IMG/VR virus record: IMGVR_UViG_3300006428_000004
Span: 1-41,684 of that record
Length of the DNA stretch: 41,684 nt
Strand: one strand, 5' to 3'
DNA from: a virus
Lineage: Duplodnaviria > Caudoviricetes
Shown: positions 1-7,600 of the stretch, piece by piece
How the letters are laid out: each line of letters starts with the position of its first letter
How positions within the stretch are numbered: the stretch's first letter is position 1
Made by a program: the position numbers and the translations under genes
The notes under the pieces: generated by a model
Seen by the model: the letters and a program-made list of their open reading frames with translations, nothing else
The model's database searches: none
What the model was told of the DNA's origin: nothing

Positions 1-28
1 ATTGCGCCTATAGACCTTTTTTCCCAAT

Positions 29-104
29 GGGGGCGTAGCTCATCTGGGAGAGCGACGCGTTCGCAACGCGTAGGTAGTGGGTTCAAGTCCCATCGCCTCC
101 ACCA
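29..104 (+). tRNA. tRNA-Ala(CGC), prophage integration site
   Basis: 76-nt cloverleaf: acceptor GGGGGCG/CGCCTCC with G3:U70, anticodon stem ACGCG/CGCGT around TTCGCAA (CGC at 62-64), GTTCAA T-loop, ACCA end. Confidence 0.97.
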
Positions 105-111
105 AGAAAAT
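60..111 (+). repeat. att core, left copy (3' part of tRNA-Ala plus 7 bp)
   Basis: TTCGCAACGCG...CCACCAAGAAAAT identical to 41447-41498 over 52 bp. Confidence 0.96.
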
Positions 112-151
112 AAGGGGTTTACGATCAAAAATCGTAAACCCCATTTTCTTT
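104..151. terminator. Probably bidirectional intrinsic terminator after the tRNA
   Basis: 12-bp stem GGGGTTTACGAT (114-125)/ATCGTAAACCCC (131-142), flanked by AAGAAAAT and ATTTTCTTT. Confidence 0.85.
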
Positions 152-173
152 GCACCACAAAATTGCACCACAA
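150..173 (+). promoter_or_regulatory. Putative integrase arm-type sites (2x TTGCACCACAA)
   Basis: Same motif recurs next to the other att site at 41322-41396. Confidence 0.7.
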
Positions 174-227
174 ATACTAGACCGTGAGTGCTCTTGCGCC
201 GTCTCCCTTCTCCGCTTCGGCGGTCGC

Positions 228-854
228 TCATGCCGCCGGCCAGACTATGCCGGCAAGGATCGCGGCTACCGCGTCGGGCGTCCCTGCTTCCGCTATTTGT
301 TTTTTTGCTGCCAAGCGCGTCCGCTCGATCTGTCGGCCGTAGACCCTCCAGGCCGCAGCCGCCTGCATAATCACGTCCGCCACGCCTCCGGCCGTGTCGG
401 CGGTAATGCCAACCTCATTGTAGATGTCAGGATAAGCCGCCTCGGTCGGGGACTCGTCCTCAAGCAAAGCCACAGCCTGGGCTTCCTTGGCCTGATACGC
501 CGCCATCTGCCCAGCCCCTGGGGTTAGAACCAGGAGCCGGCGAGATTCGGCCTCACCGTCGATTACGGCGACAGCTTGGTCCCTGGCCTCGGCCAGCGCC
601 GCCGCCCGCGCCGTTTCCGCGTCCGCCTCCATTGGTAGGCTGCCTAAATAGGTCGCATCAACAGCAGCGCAGGCCGGAACCTCCATCGGATGCCCGTCAT
701 CCTGCATGGAGACGAAATAACCCGTCTCGCGGTATGCTGCCGGCACGGCCCAGACGTGCACCGTCACGGCCTGGGCCAACTTGGGCAGCGGCAACCGGGT
801 TTCGCCCAGCACGAGTTCCCGGCCGTCAAGGGTGGGTTCGGGCATCGTAATCAT
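228..854 (-). CDS. Phage protein, possible tail fibre assembly/chaperone
   Basis: ATG at 854 overlaps the RT stop (ATGA); helical C-terminal half resembles proteins found beside phage tail fibre genes (recalled, not searched). Confidence 0.55.
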   Translation of the reverse strand: MITMPEPTLDGRELVLGETRLPLPKLAQAVTVHVWAVPAAYRETGYFVSMQDDGHPMEVPACAAVDATYLGSLPMEADAETARAAALAEARDQAVAVIDGEAESRRLLVLTPGAGQMAAYQAKEAQAVALLEDESPTEAAYPDIYNEVGITADTAGGVADVIMQAAAAWRVYGRQIERTRLAAKKQIAEAGTPDAVAAILAGIVWPAA

Positions 855-1882
855 ACCGACTCCTTGCTGAAAATGGTTTCCCGTAAAATGCCCGCAACCG
901 TTGTTTGGGCGGAACAATGCTTGGTGTAGGCCAAGAAGCTGGCCACGCGTTGCTTGACGTAATCCAGATCGATTTCGCCTCGTGTGAATTGCTGCACCAT
1001 TACCTTAAACCGCTGCCGCGCTTTCTTGATGTTCCGCTTTCTTGGCAGAATGTGCGTTGCCCAAATGCGGTAACCGCAAAAATCCACACCGCATTTTGTT
1101 GGAAAAAGCCGTGTCTTAGGGTTGAGCGCCAACCCCAGTCCCGCGACCTCGCGCCCGATGGCCTCAAGCATGGACCAAGCCACAGGCTTATTGGGCGCCA
1201 CCATAATAAAATCGTCCATATACCTGACGTAACGGCCCCACCCCAGTGTGTCCGTCAGCACATGGTCAAGGCTGTCCAGTATGATGTTCGCGCCAAGCTG
1301 GCTGGTCAGGGCCCCCACCGGAAGCCCGACGCCAGCTTCGTGTCCGTACCCGGAAAGGATGGTTTGCCATAGGGCCAGGGTCTGTCTACAGGATATGGTG
1401 CGCTGAATAAGGCGCAGCAAGATATTATGCCGTATCGAAGCGAAAAAGCTCTTAATGTCAGCCTTGACCACGTACGGGCTGGACCATCGGCATTGCGCCG
1501 CACAAAGCATGCCCTGTAGGGCGCGCACGGCGCGCTGTGCCCCTTTACCCTTCCGGCAAGCATAGCTGTGGCGAATAAACTTTTGCTCAAAAAGAGGTTC
1601 CACCACACGAACCAGTGCGTGGTGAACGATGCGGTCAGTAAATGGTGGGGCTTGAATGTCTCTCCTCTTTGGCTCGAAGACAGAAAATTGTCGCGCATGC
1701 CCGGGAGCCCAGCTGCCCCAGAGAAGGTGGTTTTGTAAGTTAATGAAATTTTCTTCCAAGTTAACCGCAAAACAGGCTACTTCACGGCGATACCGCTTGC
1801 CAGCCCTGGCCTCCAAATAGGCATGCCAGATATTTTCGAAATCAACGATCCTTTCGAATAAATTATTGTATGTTTTTGACAT
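851..1882 (-). CDS. DGR reverse transcriptase (343 aa)
   Basis: Motifs KRR-I-AP-F-DRIVHHA, KADIKSFF, GLPVGALTSQ (DGR-type GxxxSQ), YVRYMDDF, VDFCGY; likely start MSKTYNNL. Confidence 0.96.
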   Translation of the reverse strand: MSKTYNNLFERIVDFENIWHAYLEARAGKRYRREVACFAVNLEENFINLQNHLLWGSWAPGHARQFSVFEPKRRDIQAPPFTDRIVHHALVRVVEPLFEQKFIRHSYACRKGKGAQRAVRALQGMLCAAQCRWSSPYVVKADIKSFFASIRHNILLRLIQRTISCRQTLALWQTILSGYGHEAGVGLPVGALTSQLGANIILDSLDHVLTDTLGWGRYVRYMDDFIMVAPNKPVAWSMLEAIGREVAGLGLALNPKTRLFPTKCGVDFCGYRIWATHILPRKRNIKKARQRFKVMVQQFTRGEIDLDYVKQRVASFLAYTKHCSAQTTVAGILRETIFSKESV

Positions 1883-2025
1883 ATTACATATCAGGCGGCC
1901 GCGTTTGGATAAACCTACTTGTCGCCGCCGTTTGTTTATCTTCGGCCGGTTAGGGCCAGGACGGGCGCCCCGAAGGACTGGCACTGGCCGAAGGTCCTTA
2001 GACCTGGGGCTTCTGGCCACCGCCG

Positions 2026-2138
2026 TTCGCCAGGCGCGCGCCGATGTTCGTGTTCGTGTTCGAAGCCGCGTTGTTGCAGTTAACATACCACAGCCCCGCA
2101 TTCGCGGCGTTGTCCCAGTTGCCGCCGACGATCGGTAA
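2026..2138 (-). ncRNA. DGR template repeat (TR)
   Basis: 113-bp ungapped match to 2575-2687; AAC-rich on the minus strand; lies between avd and RT. Confidence 0.96.
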
Positions 2139-2167
2139 CACACGCAATAGGCATCCGCCCGTAATCC

Positions 2168-2554
2168 TTATTTGGTGGCCCGGAGCCAGCCGCCAATCAT
2201 CTTGCCGATTTCGTTTACATGCCGTGTCCACACTTCATACCGATTTGGCGTGATATAGTGCAGTCGCAACGACTTCCTTATCCACATGCGCAACACCTCG
2301 ACTTCGACGTCCAGATCTTGAAGCGTTGTCTTTTTATGGTATCGTTTCCATGCGACGACGGAAAGTCGTTGGATACTGGCCAGCGCCGACCGGATGTCGG
2401 CGCATAACGCATAGCACTCGATCCTTGGGTACTGTTGCAAGACCGTGTGGGTATATGTTTCAACCTCCTCTATTTTAGCAAGCAACATGGCATATGGTCT
2501 ATCGCCTCTGCCTATCAAAGAGGGCGGGCTCTCGCCCGCCTGATCATGACCCAT
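2168..2554 (-). CDS. avd: DGR accessory variability determinant (start 2554 or 2488)
   Basis: Small basic helical protein with YP..E.YAL..DIR and C-terminal EIGKMIGGW, directly upstream of TR. Confidence 0.88.
   Translation of the reverse strand: MGHDQAGESPPSLIGRGDRPYAMLLAKIEEVETYTHTVLQQYPRIECYALCADIRSALASIQRLSVVAWKRYHKKTTLQDLDVEVEVLRMWIRKSLRLHYITPNRYEVWTRHVNEIGKMIGGWLRATK
2523..2540 (-). promoter_or_regulatory. DGR target-recognition hairpin/cruciform
   Basis: GGCGGGC-GAGA-GCCCGCC (7-bp GC stem, 4-nt loop) about 35 bp downstream of the VR end. Confidence 0.75.
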
Positions 2555-2567
2555 TTGACCTAACACA

Positions 2568-4640
2568 TCACACCTTCGCCAGGCGCGCGCCGACGTCCGG
2601 GTGCGAGCTCGAAGCCGCGTAGCCGCAGTGAACACACCACAGCCCCGCACCCGCGGCGCTGGCCCAGTCGCCGCCGACGAACGGGAAATAGTCATTTGCC
2701 TCACTAAAATACTGCCCGTCAGGGACGGTAGCGCCACTGTTTGTCGTGGGGCCGGTGTCGCCAATAAAGTGGTCGCCAAAGTTGTAGTCAGTGCCGGATT
2801 GTGACAAGAAAGAGGTCGGGTAGATCCATCCGGCTGCCGCCGTGCGTTTGCGTGTGGTATTGACCCACGTCTTGTTGCCGTTGGCATCCCAAAGTGAAAT
2901 GACGTTTGAGCCTGTTTTAAGCCCTTCCATCCATTGATGCACGTTGCCCCACAGTCCGACCATACCACGATACGTAGCCTGGGCCACGTCCACCGCGTCC
3001 ACATTGGCGGCGCTTGTTGTATTGACCCGCCCCTGTCCTGTCGCGGTCTGGCTGTCCATGGTCGCCTTTTCGATCAGGTACAACCACTGAATGGCGCTCC
3101 ACTGATAGATGGACCAGAGCATAAACCCGGCCACACCGGATACGTTGCGCGCCGCCGCGTCGGCCTGGAACTGCGTCAAGGATCGGCTGACGGCCGGAGC
3201 CACGCCGGGCAGGGACGCCAGTTTTGCGCTGTTGAGGCTCCCTTGATATTTTCCAATGTAGATTTGGTCGATGTCGCTTCCTGCGGCGCGAAAGGCCGGG
3301 TGCAAGTGGAAGCCTTCCACGGGCGTGTCGCTTATCCACCACGCTTCTTTTCCAGCGTTGGCTCCGGAGGCGATCAACCCCCGCTTGACGTAAAACGCCG
3401 GGATTTTGGCCATGGCCTGGCCGTCAATGGTCACGTCTGTTACCCCACCCCAGACTGGATGTGCGTCGAAATACCCCGATGCGGGCACAATGGTGTCGCC
3501 ATTGGCGTTCACGCGCGCCCAAGTCCCACCGCCACCACCAGCCGTCACCAGGGCTACGCCCATGATCTGGGCGAAACTAGCCGCCGTCGTAAACTCGACT
3601 GGATCTCCCCAGGCGGACTGGTTGCCGTCCTCGTCCGTGTACCGCAGGCGGGCATAGTATGTGCTCGACGTCTCTATGTGCCCGTCTGCAACGGTATGTG
3701 TCGTGGACTCGCCTGTCTCGCTACCGGTGTAGACGATGTTCGCAAACGCGGCATCCGTGGCGATTTCGACAGTCAGCCCGGCTTGCGGCGCACCATACAG
3801 CGATCGATACGGCCCACCGGAAATAGTCGGTGTTGCCATATCCACAACGCTGCCGGCAGCCGGGGAGAGAATGGCTGGGGAAAGGATTTGGTCAGAGAGA
3901 GAATGGGCGAGTATGTCCTTCCAACGGCCGTCGCCGCATAGGACTCTATCCTGATCCCCGACGTCTGGGGCTGGAACCAAGCCGCTATCTCCAGCGTTCG
4001 AAGCTGTGGCGCCAGACATGGACTCTGGCTCCCCCATCTCCCAAGCTGTTCCGGCAGCATTTTGGCGCAAATATTTTGCGGCGCTATCACTCGACAGAGG
4101 CGGGATAGCGAGACTGGCGGCCGCCGCAACCGCCTCATCACGCGCGGACAAGGTTTCGTCCCGGGCTCCAAGAACGGTCGCCTCTGCTTCCTTTGCGTCG
4201 GCAACCGCCTGGGTGAGATCATCGATGTTGATCGTTTCTTCTTCGGTGGCTGTCTCCGGCAGGGTCACGGCCCGGTCCTGGACCTCGGCCAACTGCTGCA
4301 CCATGGCGGTCAACTTGTCGTACCCAGCTTCCAGGACATCCGCCGGGGTGGCCGCGTTCTCCACCAGGTCGATTTCCTGGAGCAGTTCCAAATCCCGTTT
4401 GACCAGCAACCGTTCTCCCGCGCCCGGCGACGCGGTCATGGTCACACTGCCGCCGGAGTCATTGCCAACGCCGGCCACCGTATAATCGGTGCCCAGGTCC
4501 AGGACGGTTTCGCCGCCGTTGGTGTCCCGCAGCACCACCCGCAGGTCCTCGGCACTCCAGATGCGGAAGGTGAAGGGAAAAACGGTTTGTGCCCCGTCCC
4601 CCGCGTACAGGTGCTTGTTCGTTGTCGATGCGATGGTCAT
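2568..4640 (-). CDS. Tail fibre/receptor-binding protein, DGR target with C-terminal C-type-lectin-like domain
   Basis: N-terminal YAGDGAQTVFPFTF (T7 gp17-like adaptor), GLVPAP..GDGRW motif, FN3-like segment, GLWGNVHQW and GG.W...GARL C-terminus containing VR. Confidence 0.9.
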   Translation of the reverse strand: MTIASTTNKHLYAGDGAQTVFPFTFRIWSAEDLRVVLRDTNGGETVLDLGTDYTVAGVGNDSGGSVTMTASPGAGERLLVKRDLELLQEIDLVENAATPADVLEAGYDKLTAMVQQLAEVQDRAVTLPETATEEETINIDDLTQAVADAKEAEATVLGARDETLSARDEAVAAAASLAIPPLSSDSAAKYLRQNAAGTAWEMGEPESMSGATASNAGDSGLVPAPDVGDQDRVLCGDGRWKDILAHSLSDQILSPAILSPAAGSVVDMATPTISGGPYRSLYGAPQAGLTVEIATDAAFANIVYTGSETGESTTHTVADGHIETSSTYYARLRYTDEDGNQSAWGDPVEFTTAASFAQIMGVALVTAGGGGGTWARVNANGDTIVPASGYFDAHPVWGGVTDVTIDGQAMAKIPAFYVKRGLIASGANAGKEAWWISDTPVEGFHLHPAFRAAGSDIDQIYIGKYQGSLNSAKLASLPGVAPAVSRSLTQFQADAAARNVSGVAGFMLWSIYQWSAIQWLYLIEKATMDSQTATGQGRVNTTSAANVDAVDVAQATYRGMVGLWGNVHQWMEGLKTGSNVISLWDANGNKTWVNTTRKRTAAAGWIYPTSFLSQSGTDYNFGDHFIGDTGPTTNSGATVPDGQYFSEANDYFPFVGGDWASAAGAGLWCVHCGYAASSSHPDVGARLAKV
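2575..2687 (-). repeat. DGR variable repeat (VR)
   Basis: 3' end of the tail fibre gene; 18 differences from TR, all at TR adenines. Confidence 0.96.
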
Positions 4641-4644
4641 GCGA

Positions 4645-7600
4645 TCAATCCTTCTTGCCGGCAAACAGCAGCCGGCGCGGGTCGGAAGTCTTGCCCGTGG
4701 CCAGGTCCCGGGCTCCCGAATAGGTGATCCAGAGTTGTTTTGATGGAAGACCGAATGTGTATCCTGCGCTCATCAGAAGAGACCGCATAAATTTTTCCTG
4801 TGCATTGTCCGGCGCATCCCCCGTGAACGCTTTCCAAGTAAGGACACCCAAACGCAAAGCCTCCTCCCCCGCCTCCCCGGCCGGTGACCCTTGGTATCCG
4901 TAGTTCTTCCCGGTGATCATCTGCATCAATGTTGGATTGGCGACATCCCGCGCTAAGGGGACCACGGAAAATGGATAGGATAGGACATTGTAGGCGACAT
5001 TCTTCAAATCATCCTTATCGACCTTATTATTGGACATGAACATACGCATCGTGCTTTCGGCTATTGCCTGGACAATTAGTGTCCAGGCAATCTGTCTACC
5101 AAATTCATATCCTGAAATATTTCCCTCGGAGAATCGTTCCGTATGCTCCATCATCCTATTTCCGATTGCGTTGAAGTACGAATAGAACATCGTGAAAAGC
5201 TTTTCAGCCGGGGTTCCACGCTGGATACGGGATAGTGAAAGAGGAGTACCGTCTCCTTGTGTTCGTCGAACCACGCTTTCCGCGAAGTCCTTAGCGAATA
5301 CTTCGTTTCCGCTATACTTCTTCAGCCCATGCTTGTAGGCGGCATCAAAGACGACGCTTGCCGTCCAGACATCCATGGTCTTCGTAAAAAAATAGAAAGC
5401 ATTCCGAACATCCTCACCCGAAACGTATCGGTTGCCGACCTTCACCCGAAAACCAGTCACATCCATGGCTTGGCAGGCATCCCGAATGTCCCTGTCAAAG
5501 GAGGTTCCCCTCGCCTTGATGAACACGGACAGGGCTGCGGCGGCTTGCATGGACTCACGAGGGTGCATGATGAATTGCCTAAGTGAGCCCAGCACAAATG
5601 GCGCGGGGACCTCTCCCAGGGCAACTGTCATGGCAGTCGCTTGCACCACAGCAGTGGTCGCTTTCCAGCCCATGTAAACAGTGGTCGCGTTGCGCCGAAT
5701 TCTTTCGGCTATCCGATCAAATAGTTTTATTTGATCCGGCCTGACCGAACGACCGTCAGCGGAGATGGATTGCAACCAGGGGACTATTTCTCTGTACCGC
5801 TCCGCCCCCACGTAGTCCGTCATACTCTTCTCTACGACCGGATGTTGGACGAAACGATAGACGTCGCGCATCGTGGCAGAAAAACTTATATTATGGATGG
5901 ATTCTCGCAGGTGGTTATGAATCACGTCAAATTCAAGGCGAGGCGGTTGCACACTGCCCGTACGCGATTTTGTCATACTGGCGCTGGGGAATCGCATCTG
6001 CCAGGAGTTTTCTAAGGAATTCTTTTGGTCTTCCATATCGGCGAACATTTCCGCCTTTTTCGATGTCCTGGGATCAGCCTTGATAGGGAAATACCCACCC
6101 CGCACAGTGCCATACGGCGTTTCCCAAGGCGTCCGTTCGACCTTCGGCAAGGGGCGTCCGTAAATCTTCCGGTATTCCGCACTAAGAAGCGGATATAGGG
6201 TTTCCGTGAGATCCCATACCCCCGTAACGAAATCCCATTCCGTCTTGGTCAGCTGATCCGTGACCGCTTTTATCTGCGCGTCGGAGAGCCCCATACCCTG
6301 GCGAATGGTCTTCAAGTTCCCTTCATTGCCGCAATTAAGGGCAAGCATGACCATGTTTTCACGAGACCACATACCGGGGACGCCTTTTATTATGGTCTTC
6401 TTTTTGCCGTATCCCTTCAGTTTCCCGTAAAGCGGCTTCAAAAGTTCCTTGAATTTTCCGTTATACTCCTGTGAAAGCGAAAGCTCCCGTTCCATGGCCC
6501 GGACCATAGGCAAAAAGCCAAATTCGTAGTTTGGTCCAAACGGGCCTTCTCCTTTCCAGTCGTTCCCATCATTCCACCCGTCAGCCGCCCTGAATATATG
6601 TTCAGCGTTTGTAAGACTGGCCCGCAAATCATTTTTCGCATCCAGAATCTTTTGCAATACACCAGGACGTTCCGGGATAACATAATGCCCCGGGTCGTCA
6701 GGGGCGACTTTCTTCTTGTGTCCTTCCGTGAAGGCGGACGCGATGTCTGCCATACGGTCAAACGTGAGTTTGCTTTGATAGGAAATGGCGTGGTTCTTCG
6801 TTCTCCCTATCTGCGCCAGCGCCTTTATAATCGATCCGAACTCCACCAGTTCGTCGAAGGTCATGTCGCGCCAGGTGGTCCCGGCCCGCCGCGCCGCGCC
6901 GCCCGGCCGCCAGTTCGGATCGAAGTATTTTTCCGGCACCACCATGCCGATCAAGGAATCCGGCGGCAGGTTCTCGGCCAACAATTCGCGTAGCGGCCGC
7001 ATGTTGTGCGGGTCCTGGGGCATCTTCGACCGGGCCGTCACGAACCCGAACCGCGCGGCCAACGCCGTGATGTTCTCGGCAAAGTCGAAATCAACGCTTT
7101 TCGAGTCCACGGCCTCCTGCACGGCCGTGAGCGCCTTATCCACTTCCTCCTTGGCCCTGGCCCGTTCCTTCACCCTGGCCAGGGTTTCGCGCAGCCGCTC
7201 GGACGCCTCGAAGGCATCGGTCAGGCGTTTTTGCCGTTCGGCGGCCAGGGCCTCCTTGCCCTTGGCCCGGGCACCGGCCTGCCCCTCCCTGACGCCTTCC
7301 GCGAATGCGACCTTTGCCGCCTGCTGCTGGCGCTTGAGGCTGGCCACCAGGGCGTCCTTTTCGGAGATGGCTTCCATGACCGGCTTCACGCCCGTCTGTT
7401 CCTCGATCAGGCGCTTGAGTTCCGACGTCCCCCGGGGCTTCTGTCCGGACAACCTGCCGAAGATGGCGCTTTGCTTGGCCAGCAGGCGTTCATAGGCGTC
7501 CGTGGCAATGGTCTCTTCCGCCTGATAGGCGTCTTCCACCACCATGTGCTTCCCATCCACATAGCGGTCCACGAAGTCCTGGCGGCCCGGCTGGGCCAGG

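Noticed and set aside
21-34. Operator-like TTCCCAATGGGGGC at the tRNA 5' end
   Set aside because: 11/14 match, partly formed by the tRNA acceptor stem and outside the prophage; probably chance
40-231. ORFs 40-231 and 41436-41675
   Set aside because: Translations of the tRNA/att reverse strand
851-1882. Retron, group II intron or Abi-type RT
   Set aside because: GxxxSQ motif, avd and an adenine-specific TR/VR pair point to a DGR; no maturase extension or msr/msd seen
1883-2143. N-terminal 87 aa of the 430-aa RT ORF, and ORF 1998-2231
   Set aside because: These translate the TR and spacer; RT homology starts at MSKTYNNL (1882)
2555-3004. N-terminal extension of the 278-aa avd ORF
   Set aside because: Alternative frame over the tail fibre 3' end and VR
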